Assembly: GCA_012839485.1 (NCBI GenBank)
Contig: DUNF01000058.1
Location: forward strand, 1,272-65,271
Direction: 5' to 3'
DNA: 64,000 nucleotides
Source of the DNA: Acholeplasmataceae bacterium
Lineage (GTDB): Bacteria > Bacillota_I > Bacilli_A > ML615J-28 > CAG-698
A program made the translations under genes and the position numbers. Each line of letters begins with the position of its first letter. Position 1 is the first letter of the stretch. Below the pieces are notes generated by a model. That model worked only from the letters and a program-made list of their open reading frames with translations, ran no database searches and was not told the origin of the DNA. This document shows, one piece after another, positions 28,169 to 37,957 of the stretch.

Positions 28169-29163
28169 TGGCTGAAGCAAGAAAAAAATTAACTGCAGCT
28201 GAAAAAGCTCAGTTAAAAGAAGATAAAAAAGCTCTTCGTAATGCAAAACGTGCTAAACGTATTGACTCACGACCTTTCGCAGAAATAAGTACGATTAAAG
28301 TACATCGTCGTAGTAAGAAAAGAAAAAGAATTAATAGATCAGTTGGGGGAGACTTAGTACTATTTTTCTTCCTATGTTTAGCGGGAATTTTAAGTGCATT
28401 GCCATTAGTATTAGTAATAAACAATGCCTTTAAACCTTTAGATGAGTTATTCAAGTTCCCACCAAACATTATTGTAAGAAACCCAACTTTAGATAACTTC
28501 ACAGATTTGAGTGTTGCACTAGCTAACTCAACTGTTCCGTTTGCTAGATATTTATTTAATACAGTTATGGTAACAATACTTGGAACAGTAGGACACGTAG
28601 TTATTGCCTCAATGTGTGCTTATCCACTTGCAAAATATAAGATTCCAGGTGGAACGATTATCTTTACAATTATCGTTTATTCTTTAATGTTCCCAGGAGC
28701 AGTAACCTCTATTCCTAACTACATTATCTTTAACTGGATTGGTTTAATTGATAATCCACTAGCTTTAATATTGCCGATGATAGGATCATCCTTAGGATTA
28801 TTCTTGATGAAACAGTTTATGTCTCAAGTACCAACGTCCTACATTGAATCGGCGAAGTTAGATGGTGCTGGCGATTTTAAGATTTTCTGGACTATTGTTA
28901 TGCCATTAGTAAAACCAGCTTGGATTACTTTAATTATTCTAGTTTTCCAAAGTTTATGGAATACACAAGGAGCGATGTATATTTATCGTGAAGACTTTAA
29001 GATGGTAAGTTATGCCCTATCGCAAATAGCTACAGCTGGAGCTGCAAGATCGGGTACATTAGCTGCGGTAAGCTTAATTATGATTACCGTACCAATAACA
29101 ATGTTTATTATTTCCCAAAGTAGTATGCTTGAAACAATGGCTACAAGTGGATTAAAGGATTAA
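28168..29163 (+). CDS. Carbohydrate ABC transporter permease (MalG type), pair 1
   Basis: EAA-like loop ESAKLDGAGDFKIFWTIVMPLVKP. Lys/Arg-rich ~60-aa N-terminal tail. Confidence 0.85.
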   Translation: MAEARKKLTAAEKAQLKEDKKALRNAKRAKRIDSRPFAEISTIKVHRRSKKRKRINRSVGGDLVLFFFLCLAGILSALPLVLVINNAFKPLDELFKFPPNIIVRNPTLDNFTDLSVALANSTVPFARYLFNTVMVTILGTVGHVVIASMCAYPLAKYKIPGGTIIFTIIVYSLMFPGAVTSIPNYIIFNWIGLIDNPLALILPMIGSSLGLFLMKQFMSQVPTSYIESAKLDGAGDFKIFWTIVMPLVKPAWITLIILVFQSLWNTQGAMYIYREDFKMVSYALSQIATAGAARSGTLAAVSLIMITVPITMFIISQSSMLETMATSGLKD

Positions 29164-29166
29164 GCT

Positions 29167-30948
29167 ATGAAGAAAGTATTTTATTTGCTAATTGCTTTAT
29201 TGCTACTTGGTTCTGCTGTTGTTAGTGTTAATGCTAAGGGTGGATATACTTATGACCATAAAGGTACAGCTATCCACTCAACAGTGGGAATGAGTGCAAG
29301 TACTGATGGAATCTATACGATTACATCAAATGCCTGGGAAGGAATACCAGCTGATCAATTTACTTCTCCAGAAGACTTGTTTATATTTAAACACCCAGTT
29401 ACAGGTGAAGAAACAATTTACATTATTGATTCAATCTCTAACCATTTATATGTTTTTGATAGCACATTAACACTTAAACAAGGTAGCGATGCATCAAGAA
29501 GAACAAGAAGATATCGTATTAAAGGTGAAACTGTAGATAGGTTTTATGAAGGTGAAATTATTACTCGTTATGAGTTTAGACCAGATACAATTACTCGTTA
29601 TGAATATGATAGAGTTAAGTCTGGTACCGATACTGGTAATGAACTATTTAGAAATAAAGTTGACTGGTTAACATTTACGGCACCACTTCAAACTCCAGTA
29701 GAAAGTAGGGGGGATAGTCAAAGATGGTATATCCAACCAAAAAATATTTCTGGTGTTTATCGTGCTTTAAGACCTTTAAGAGATGAAGGTGGATTCATTA
29801 TTGAAGGTGAATATCAAGATGTTTTATATATTTGCGATAAAGGAAATAACCAAATTTTACTTTTAGATCCAGTTGATTACCACATTATTCAAGTTGTATG
29901 TCAACCAGAATCAATTGTTTTTGAAGGTAAGACATTCTCACCTTTAAAAATGGTTACTGACTCAACAGGAAGAATGTTTGTAATTTCTGAGTCTGTTTAT
30001 GAAGGTATTATGCAAATGAGCTACTTTGGTGAGTTCATGAGTTATATCGGTGTTAACTATACAACACTATCAGCTTGGGATAAGTTTTGGCGTAACTTCT
30101 CTACAGAAGAACAACTAAAACAACAAACAGCGATTGTAAATACTGAGTTTAGAAACTTATCAATTGATGATGCTGGCTTTATCTATACTGTTTCTAGAGC
30201 AACAAAGATCTCTACTTATAGTGAAGATGCAAAAACAATGATTAAGAAGATTAACCCATCAGGTAAAGATACTTTAGTTAAAAATGGTTATCATTTGCCA
30301 GTAGGGGATATTGCATTTACACTAGAAGGTAGTAGTGCAAGTGATGGAATTTCAATTTCATCAAGATTTGCAGGTATTGCAATTAATGATTATGGTGTTT
30401 ATACAGTAGTAGATGAAAAAGCAGGAAGATTATTTACTTATGATGATGAAGGTAACCTACTTTACATTTCAGGTAATTCAGGACCAGAGTTAAATAACAT
30501 CAACAGTCCAACTGCTGTTCGTTATCAAGGTGAAAATATCTTAGTACTTGATAAATACAATAAAGCAGTTATTCGCTTTGAACCAACTGATATTGCAAAG
30601 ATTATTAATCAAGCAGTTAAATATCAATACAATGGTCAATTGGCTGAAGCAGCAGAAGAGTGGAAGAACGTAGTTTCAGAAAACCCTAACTATGAGCTTG
30701 CTTATATTGGTATTGGTAAATCATTGTTAAACGAAAATAGATATCAAGATGCTATGGCTAACTTCCGTTTAGGATTTGAAACTAGTTATTATTCAAATGC
30801 TTATCAAAGATATCGTGATCGTGAAATTAAACTTAACTTTACAGCATTTGCTGTTTTAGCAATCGGAGCAGCTTTAATTTTAGTTGCTAGAAGTAAGATA
30901 GCAGAGCTACCAAGGAAAGACATTATTAGAATTGCAGGTGAAGATTAA
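29167..30948 (+). CDS. Secreted beta-propeller (NHL-like repeats) plus TPR protein with a C-terminal TM anchor
   Basis: Signal peptide MKKVFYLLIALLLLGSAVVSVNA. Repeated blade-like motifs (IYIIDSISNHLYVFD, VLYICDKGNNQILLLD, GRMFVISES, RLFTYDDEGNLLY, ILVLDKYNKAVIRF). TPR-like AEEWKNVVSENPNYELAYIGIGKSLL. C-terminal TM FTAFAVLAIGAALILVA. Confidence 0.5.
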   Translation: MKKVFYLLIALLLLGSAVVSVNAKGGYTYDHKGTAIHSTVGMSASTDGIYTITSNAWEGIPADQFTSPEDLFIFKHPVTGEETIYIIDSISNHLYVFDSTLTLKQGSDASRRTRRYRIKGETVDRFYEGEIITRYEFRPDTITRYEYDRVKSGTDTGNELFRNKVDWLTFTAPLQTPVESRGDSQRWYIQPKNISGVYRALRPLRDEGGFIIEGEYQDVLYICDKGNNQILLLDPVDYHIIQVVCQPESIVFEGKTFSPLKMVTDSTGRMFVISESVYEGIMQMSYFGEFMSYIGVNYTTLSAWDKFWRNFSTEEQLKQQTAIVNTEFRNLSIDDAGFIYTVSRATKISTYSEDAKTMIKKINPSGKDTLVKNGYHLPVGDIAFTLEGSSASDGISISSRFAGIAINDYGVYTVVDEKAGRLFTYDDEGNLLYISGNSGPELNNINSPTAVRYQGENILVLDKYNKAVIRFEPTDIAKIINQAVKYQYNGQLAEAAEEWKNVVSENPNYELAYIGIGKSLLNENRYQDAMANFRLGFETSYYSNAYQRYRDREIKLNFTAFAVLAIGAALILVARSKIAELPRKDIIRIAGED

Positions 30949-31673
30949 TGGAAGGAAAACAAATTATGACAACTGAAGTTTCTAAAAAAGAAAAGTTTCT
31001 TAATATTGTAAAGCTTGTTTTATCTAAAATCTCACAATTCTTTAAGTTTTTATGGAATGAAGGAGTTAAGTTTCCTGTTTATATTTTGTTCCAACCTTTT
31101 AAAGGATTTGATGAATTTAAGAGATATAAAAGAGCAAAGATGAGTTTAGCTATTACTTACATTGTTCTTTATATTCTTTTAAGTATTATGGATTTCCATT
31201 ATTCAGGTTTTATTGTAAACCAAAGAGACATTACTGATTTAAATACGATAGCAGAAATAGGATATGTAGTTGTACCCTTAGTTGTTTTAGTAGTTGCTAA
31301 CTGGTCAGTTACAACACTATTTGATGGTAAAGGGACGATGAAAGATATTTTCTTACTTACTAGTTATGCTCTATTTCCAATGATAGTTACTAAATTCTTT
31401 GGAATTTTTGTAAGTAATATTATCGTAGCTAAAGAAGTAGGTATCTATAGTTTAATTATGGGTATTGGAGCTTTTGGTAGTGCTTATTTCCTTTTCGTTG
31501 GTTGGATGGCTATTCATGAGTACGGTTTAGTAAAATGTGTCTTAATGGCAGTGTTTACTTTAGTTGCAGCTATCGTAATTTTATTTGCTGTTGCTTTACT
31601 ATTTGATTTATACCGTAGAATCTTTAGTTTCGTATACACAGTATATCGAGAGATATCCTTAAGATATTTCTAG
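30948..31673 (+). CDS. Yip1-domain membrane protein
   Basis: Five predicted TMs with the FDGKGTMKDIFLLTSYALFP motif typical of bacterial YIP1 proteins. Confidence 0.6.
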   Translation: MEGKQIMTTEVSKKEKFLNIVKLVLSKISQFFKFLWNEGVKFPVYILFQPFKGFDEFKRYKRAKMSLAITYIVLYILLSIMDFHYSGFIVNQRDITDLNTIAEIGYVVVPLVVLVVANWSVTTLFDGKGTMKDIFLLTSYALFPMIVTKFFGIFVSNIIVAKEVGIYSLIMGIGAFGSAYFLFVGWMAIHEYGLVKCVLMAVFTLVAAIVILFAVALLFDLYRRIFSFVYTVYREISLRYF

Positions 31674-31688
31674 AAGGAGGAAAATAAG

Positions 31689-34600
31689 TTGAAAATTATT
31701 AGATTAAGACATATTGTTTTAGGTCTATTAGTTATAGCAATTGGTATTACTTTAAGTGTTTACTTTATTGGTGGCCTAAAGGCAACAACTATTAGCTATG
31801 ATAATAAAGAATTCAATTCTGAAGAATTTTTGCTTGATTTTTCTCATCTAGAACAATATGATCGTAAAATTACTTTTAAGGCAGGATTTCCTGCAAGTGA
31901 TATTGACAATGTAGCTAATGCATTACAAACAGCAGGTTACAAAGTTGAAAAAACAGATTACTATGGCAATACAGCAATCTACCTTAACTTAAATGTTGGT
32001 TATAATGAAGAAGACATTGCTAATGAAATGTATATTGCTCAACTTGCTATTGCTAGACTTTTTGAAGCTGGTGATTTTGATATGGTCATCTATGAAGATG
32101 ATTTAGGTGAACCAGGAGTTGACAACTTAAAAATTGTAGCAACAACAGACAAGGGCAAAGCTGCTTTTCAAAAGATTGTAGATAAATTAACTGCATTAAA
32201 CTTCTTTGATACTTACGAAACAGCTATTATTCAAGTACCTAAAGAAGGTGGAGAAGAAGGTGAAATGGAAGATCAAGAAATCGTTCTTCCAAATAATACT
32301 AATATAGATTTTGATAATCATACTATTGTTTTCGATTATCCAATTAAGTTAATTGAAACTAAGATGTCAGAACTAGCAATAGTTCAAAAAGCAATTCCAG
32401 ATCCAGATGAAGAAGTTCTTGCAAATATTCGTCAAGATACACAAAGAGCAGTTAGTATTTTAAATGATATTGCTGAGTCAATTGTTTTAAATTCAGTTTT
32501 AGATAGCATTGAATATCAAACATCAATTTTTGAAGAAGAAAGAATTGTAGCTCAAAATGAAAAGTTTACAATGTATATTAACGAAAAAACAACGGCTATT
32601 TCGATTGGTTTAAATTCAACTGGAACACCAAAGAAAGTTGGTGGACTTCAAGTTCAAGATAAAAATGGCTTCTCAGTATATGAATCATTTAATGTTTTAT
32701 ATCAGTTAAGTGATTACACAAACGAAAGAGGCGAATTAGTTAGTGGTGATGTTTTTAGACTTCGTTATTTTGGTCGAAGCGGAAAAGTTTCAGCAACAGC
32801 TTTAGGAACATATTCGAAGAGTGTAGCTTATATGGACTTAATTAAAGGTATGGCTACAAAACACTACAAGATTAATTATGCTGGGGATAACAAAGTTCAA
32901 GTTTTATATGAAGTTGGTGAATTTACTAACGCTAACAACTTCTTCCCTAAATATATTGAAAGAGAAGTATTTGAAGATGTAGTTAGAGGTAACACTTGGA
33001 TTACAAAAGTTGTATCATCTGAGCGTGATTCACAAGGTCATTTTAATTTAATTTATCGTGAAAATGGTGTTACAACAAACGAAGAAGCTGCAAATTATAT
33101 TGAAGCAAATGGTTTAGGTAAAGCAACACCAGCTTATAGTGCTGATGGTACTAATACTTTCTTAGGCTATTGGGATTTAAGTGGATTGCTTTGGACAGAA
33201 GCAGATTATGAAGATGGTAAAGTAACTATAGATAAAGTTGGAAAACCAAAGTTGGTTGTGGGGGTAAACTGCAATACTAAAGATTCTCCTGTTCGAGTTA
33301 ACCCATTCTTAACAGCGGCTAATATTAAGTCAATTATGGATGGTAACTATGAACTTATCTATAACATAACTACTAATGAAACAAATAAAAACTATATTCA
33401 CTATACAGAAAATAGCTCTAAGACTTATGAGAATAAGGCTACATCAGAAGCAAGAAGAAATGAATTATATATGTTCTTATATGATACTAGTCCAACTAAC
33501 TATATGAGAACTAGTACTTCGGTTATAGATAAATATGATGATAGTAAAATTGTTTATTATGAAGGTAAACCAGTAGTTCAAGGTGGAGTTCCACTAAGAG
33601 ACGCAGAAGGAAACTATGTTTATGATCAACTAGGTAATCCAGTTCGTGCTCAATTTAGTGAACCTTTCTTAGCAGCTGAAGGCGAAGAAAGAAGAAATAT
33701 TGTAGAAGAGCAAAACAGGATTTACCAACAAAGTGCCGCTTCCGCAAGTGCGATTTTCCAAGTTGGAGTTCAATACGAGCTTACATTAAATGGTTTAAAA
33801 TTTGATGTTTTACACGATTCAATTAAAGAAGGCGCTAGTGGTGAAGATGGTTATCCTCATGAATTCAAAATTTCAAGTATTGAAGTTTTACCTTTCTTTA
33901 ATAAAAACTTTGACCATAACTCTGAAGGGGAAATTATTATCCCTGATGGTAGTGGAGCTGTTATTAGTTTTAATAGTGATAAACAAGATCAATTCGTAGC
34001 GGGTTATCAACCGAAAAAGATTTATGGTTTTGATAAATCGCAAATCTTACGTACAGCACCAGCTGATGTTCAAACAATAATGCTACCAATGTATGCTTAT
34101 TTAGATAAGACAGAAAATGTTGGGGTTATTGGTATTATTGAATCTGCTCCAAGTCATCATAGTATTGTAGCTGACTTTATGAGAACAAGAACAGCAGGTA
34201 GTTCAAACTATGTTAACTATGAAGTAAGTATGAGAGATTCTGAGTTTGTAAATGTTGGAAGATCATGGTATGTATCTTCATATCAAAAATGGTCAAAATC
34301 GATGATTCCTACGGACTTATCATATTACTTCCAGTTCATTGTTCCAGAAACAATTGAAGATGGGGAAGTAAAATCAAATGCTAACTTTAATTATGTAGAG
34401 GTAGCAAAGCAATATCGTCGTTATTTAATTAACAAATATAATTTAAAAGAAATTGATAAAACTAAGACTAATGTAGTTAATCTAAACTTCTTAGGTGCTT
34501 TTGAAAAAGATACAATGACAGCTGGATTTGTTTATCAAAAAACACATAGTCTAACAACTTTTGAAGAAGCACAAGAGATTATTGAAATCTTAAAAGAAAA

Positions 34601-35642
34601 AGGTGTAAAAAACTTTAGTGTTAGTTATACATCATGGACTAAAGATGAGATGGAACCTAAAGCAAGAAAAGATATTAGAATTTCTAACGTTTTAGGTGGA
34701 ACAAAAGGCTTTAAAAAGTTAAGTGAATTCTTAACTGAGAACAATATTAATTTCTATCCAGAAGTTAATGTTTCTACAAACCAAGGATATGACTATCCAT
34801 TTGGTATGAGAAAGTACAATGCTAAGAGTGTAAGTAATACAGAAACTGTATATTATCCTTATGTAGTACCTACTGGTAGATTTGATCGTTCTCTTGCTCC
34901 GATTTATCATATTTCACCTCGTTTTTATCAATCATACTTTAATAAATACTTAGCTAATTATGAGAAACTTAACACTTCGGGTATTTACTTATCTGATTTA
35001 GGTAACTTAAAAGTTTCATCATATGATAATAAAAAAGAAATTTTTACTGCTGTTGGTCAAGATTATCAAATAGCTACATTAGACATAGCTAAAGAGTCTG
35101 GTAAAAAGGTAATGCTTAAAAATCCGTTTGATTACGCATTACAATATGCAAATATTATTGTTGATGCACCAGTTACTACAACTTTATATCCAGCAGTAGA
35201 GCATTCGATTCCTTTATATCAATTAGCATTAAGTGGATTAGTTGACTATACAACAACTACAGTTAACTATAACAATCAACAATCTTATCGTTGGTATCTA
35301 TTAAAAGCTTTGGAGACTGGTTCGAATTTGAACTTCGTAATTTCATATGCGGATACTAATACCTTACTAACGACTGATTATACAGAGTACTTTAATACTT
35401 ACTTCCTAAACTGGGAAAACAAAATTGTTGAGATGAATCAAAGAATCAATGAGGCAGGAATTCACCAAGGAAGATTAGTAGACCATAAGTACATTACAGA
35501 CAACGTAGTTCAATCTACGTATGCAAATGATTTGGGTGTTGTTTGTAGAGTTATTATTAACTATGCCAATAGCCAATACTTAGATAGCGTAAATGGAATT
35601 TCCATTGCTGCAAATGACTATGTCATCTTGGAAGGAGAATAA
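31689..35642 (+). CDS. 1317-aa membrane-anchored extracellular protein of unknown function (possibly DUF5696-type, putative glycan-active)
   Basis: TTG start 8 nt after AGGAGG. N-terminal TM (IVLGLLVIAIGITLSVYFIGG). No catalytic motif recognised by eye. The DUF5696 suggestion rests on my recollection that such proteins accompany Yip1 plus ABC-permease clusters, and needs an HMM test. Confidence 0.4.
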   Translation: MKIIRLRHIVLGLLVIAIGITLSVYFIGGLKATTISYDNKEFNSEEFLLDFSHLEQYDRKITFKAGFPASDIDNVANALQTAGYKVEKTDYYGNTAIYLNLNVGYNEEDIANEMYIAQLAIARLFEAGDFDMVIYEDDLGEPGVDNLKIVATTDKGKAAFQKIVDKLTALNFFDTYETAIIQVPKEGGEEGEMEDQEIVLPNNTNIDFDNHTIVFDYPIKLIETKMSELAIVQKAIPDPDEEVLANIRQDTQRAVSILNDIAESIVLNSVLDSIEYQTSIFEEERIVAQNEKFTMYINEKTTAISIGLNSTGTPKKVGGLQVQDKNGFSVYESFNVLYQLSDYTNERGELVSGDVFRLRYFGRSGKVSATALGTYSKSVAYMDLIKGMATKHYKINYAGDNKVQVLYEVGEFTNANNFFPKYIEREVFEDVVRGNTWITKVVSSERDSQGHFNLIYRENGVTTNEEAANYIEANGLGKATPAYSADGTNTFLGYWDLSGLLWTEADYEDGKVTIDKVGKPKLVVGVNCNTKDSPVRVNPFLTAANIKSIMDGNYELIYNITTNETNKNYIHYTENSSKTYENKATSEARRNELYMFLYDTSPTNYMRTSTSVIDKYDDSKIVYYEGKPVVQGGVPLRDAEGNYVYDQLGNPVRAQFSEPFLAAEGEERRNIVEEQNRIYQQSAASASAIFQVGVQYELTLNGLKFDVLHDSIKEGASGEDGYPHEFKISSIEVLPFFNKNFDHNSEGEIIIPDGSGAVISFNSDKQDQFVAGYQPKKIYGFDKSQILRTAPADVQTIMLPMYAYLDKTENVGVIGIIESAPSHHSIVADFMRTRTAGSSNYVNYEVSMRDSEFVNVGRSWYVSSYQKWSKSMIPTDLSYYFQFIVPETIEDGEVKSNANFNYVEVAKQYRRYLINKYNLKEIDKTKTNVVNLNFLGAFEKDTMTAGFVYQKTHSLTTFEEAQEIIEILKEKGVKNFSVSYTSWTKDEMEPKARKDIRISNVLGGTKGFKKLSEFLTENNINFYPEVNVSTNQGYDYPFGMRKYNAKSVSNTETVYYPYVVPTGRFDRSLAPIYHISPRFYQSYFNKYLANYEKLNTSGIYLSDLGNLKVSSYDNKKEIFTAVGQDYQIATLDIAKESGKKVMLKNPFDYALQYANIIVDAPVTTTLYPAVEHSIPLYQLALSGLVDYTTTTVNYNNQQSYRWYLLKALETGSNLNFVISYADTNTLLTTDYTEYFNTYFLNWENKIVEMNQRINEAGIHQGRLVDHKYITDNVVQSTYANDLGVVCRVIINYANSQYLDSVNGISIAANDYVILEGE

Positions 35643-35644
35643 TT

Positions 35645-36880
35645 ATGAATCAAAATCAAACTAAAAAAACCTTCAAAGAAAAATGGAATGACTATTTTGC
35701 TAGGAGAAGATATTATATTGCTTTAGAAGAACAAGCAAAGCAAGATAAAATCCAAGCCAAAAGAGAAAAAGAGATGCAAAAGCAACTTGAAAAAGATCAA
35801 AAAGCTCAAGCTAGAAGAGACAAAGTTACTTGGTATAAAAAAGTTAAATGGGCAATTCAAGACTTTTTCCATAAGATTAACAACTCAAAACCAGTTGTAA
35901 AGGTAAAAGATGCTTTATCTTTTGTTCCAAGAAAACTAACTAGGAATTTAACTCATAGAAAAAAGAAAGCTTTATGGGGAGTTGTCTTTGTAATTCCGCT
36001 AATTATTGGTTTTGGTTATTTCTTCTTAATTCCGTTTATTACAACTGTTTTCTATAGTTTTTCTCATATTCAAACGATAGGTTTAAATCCTGTTACAGGA
36101 GATAATATGGGAGTTATTACTGAAAATATTGGTTTTGATAACTATCAATTTGTTTGGAATCAACATTCTACATTCAGACAAAGATTATTAACTTCATTTG
36201 GTAACACTTTACTTGAAGTACCATTAGTATTAATTTTCAGTTTAATTATCGCAGTTGTTTTAAATACACAATTTCCTGGCCGTAGTTTTGTAAGAGCAGT
36301 CTTCTTTATGCCAGTTATCTTTAACTCACAAGCAGTTGAAGTTGCAATGAAAACAGGAGCAGAATTAACAGCTGCTACTGCAGAAACAACAAGTACAATG
36401 TTCCAAGGTGGATTTGACTTTAGTTTCTTCTTACTCGAAGCGGGAGTTCCGGGAGGTGTTGTAACCTTCTTGGGCAATGTAACGTCCTCGATTTATGATG
36501 TAATTACATATTCGGGGGTTCAAATCTTAATTTTCTTAAGTGCGATTCAATCAGTTCCTAAACATCTATATGAAGCAGCTAAAATGGAGGGGGCAACTCA
36601 ATATGAAATCTTCTGGAAAATTACTTTCCCAATGGTTTCACCATTAATGCTTACGGCAGGTGTTTATACTGTTGTTGACTCCTTCTTACGAAGTGATCTC
36701 TTAAGTATTTTAGATTATTATTCAGTAAATAACTTTGTAGCCTTAACTGGTGGTTTAGGTATGGTTACTGCTCATGGTATTCATGCGGCTATGAGCTGGT
36801 TATTCTGTTTATCATCAATCATACTAATATCTTTAGTATTGATTGTAATATCAAGGGTGGTGTTCTATTATGACGAGTAA
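35645..36880 (+). CDS. Carbohydrate ABC transporter permease (MalF type), pair 2, with ~100-aa Lys/Gln-rich N-terminal extension
   Basis: EAA-like loop EAAKMEGATQYEIFWKITFPMVSP. N-terminal QAKQDKIQAKREKEMQKQLEKDQKAQARRDK. Confidence 0.85.
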   Translation: MNQNQTKKTFKEKWNDYFARRRYYIALEEQAKQDKIQAKREKEMQKQLEKDQKAQARRDKVTWYKKVKWAIQDFFHKINNSKPVVKVKDALSFVPRKLTRNLTHRKKKALWGVVFVIPLIIGFGYFFLIPFITTVFYSFSHIQTIGLNPVTGDNMGVITENIGFDNYQFVWNQHSTFRQRLLTSFGNTLLEVPLVLIFSLIIAVVLNTQFPGRSFVRAVFFMPVIFNSQAVEVAMKTGAELTAATAETTSTMFQGGFDFSFFLLEAGVPGGVVTFLGNVTSSIYDVITYSGVQILIFLSAIQSVPKHLYEAAKMEGATQYEIFWKITFPMVSPLMLTAGVYTVVDSFLRSDLLSILDYYSVNNFVALTGGLGMVTAHGIHAAMSWLFCLSSIILISLVLIVISRVVFYYDE

Positions 36881-37904
36881 ACAAAAAATTGTAGTACCAC
36901 AAGAATATTATTCTAAACCTGTTTTAACTGAGCATGAAAAAAAGACAAGAAGAAAAGTTTATGCCCAAAAAGTTGGTGGTAGAGCTGGTAGAATTTTTAG
37001 AACGCTTATTTTAATAGGATTATGTTTTGTAATTCTTTTACCGATTTTCCAAAAATTCTCTTATGCGTTTAGATCACCTAACGACTTAACTAATCCTCAA
37101 GTTGTTTGGATTCCATCTGAATTTAGTACAGCTAATATTGGTTTAGCCATGGACTTACTTGATTATTGGCCTACTTTAGTAAGAACTACACTTCTTTCTT
37201 TAGCAGTAATGTTTATCCAAGTTATGGCATCAGCAATAGCCGGTTATGCTTTTGCTAAGTTAAGATTTAAAGGAAGTAATATTCTCTTTTATCTTATTCT
37301 CTTTACCTTAGTTGTACCGAATGAGACTTTACATGTTTCAAGATCGTTATTCTTAGTTAACACAACATTTTTTGGTATAAAGTTGATGGGAACAGTACTA
37401 TCCATATTTATCCTATCAGCATTTGGTCAAGGAATAAGATCAGCGATTTTCATTTATCTTTTCAGACAGTTCTTTAGAAATATACCAGCAGAACTAGAAG
37501 AATCTGCGCAAGTGGATGGTGCTGGTGTTATTAGAACATTCTGGAGTGTAATGTTACCAAACGCTAGAGGAGCGATAGTTGTTGTGGCATTGTTTGCTTT
37601 TGTATGGCAATGGAATGATTATTACTTTGCGAGATTGTTTAGTATCGTTCAATCATATCCGGTATTAGCAGCTCGTTTAGGGGAAGGAACGGATCGTTTG
37701 TTTACGGTTATTAGTGGTTGGGTAGCCAAAGGTAAACCCATCTTTGATACTTTAACGGATGAAGCTTTAGCGACCGATCCGATGTTCTATGGATTAATTG
37801 CGAATACTGCAGCACTACTAATGATGCTACCGTTATTAATCGGTTATTTCTTCGTTCAAAAACAATTTGTAGAGGGAATTGAAAGAACCGGAATCACGGG
37901 ATAA
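36870..37904 (+). CDS. Carbohydrate ABC transporter permease (MalG type), pair 2
   Basis: EAA-like loop ESAQVDGAGVIRTFWSVMLPNARG. Overlaps the upstream gene by 11 nt. Confidence 0.85.
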   Translation: MTSKQKIVVPQEYYSKPVLTEHEKKTRRKVYAQKVGGRAGRIFRTLILIGLCFVILLPIFQKFSYAFRSPNDLTNPQVVWIPSEFSTANIGLAMDLLDYWPTLVRTTLLSLAVMFIQVMASAIAGYAFAKLRFKGSNILFYLILFTLVVPNETLHVSRSLFLVNTTFFGIKLMGTVLSIFILSAFGQGIRSAIFIYLFRQFFRNIPAELEESAQVDGAGVIRTFWSVMLPNARGAIVVVALFAFVWQWNDYYFARLFSIVQSYPVLAARLGEGTDRLFTVISGWVAKGKPIFDTLTDEALATDPMFYGLIANTAALLMMLPLLIGYFFVQKQFVEGIERTGITG

Positions 37905-37907
37905 ATA

Positions 37908-37940
37908 AAAGGTGCTATTTTATAAATAGCACCTTTCTTT
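37908..37940 (+). terminator. Strong hairpin terminator/attenuator at the end of the 15.9-kb operon
   Basis: AAAGGTGCTATTT-tat-AAATAGCACCTTT (13-bp perfect stem), then CTTTTGTTT. The next SD follows immediately. Confidence 0.8.
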
Positions 37941-37957
37941 TGTTTAAGGAGGATTTG

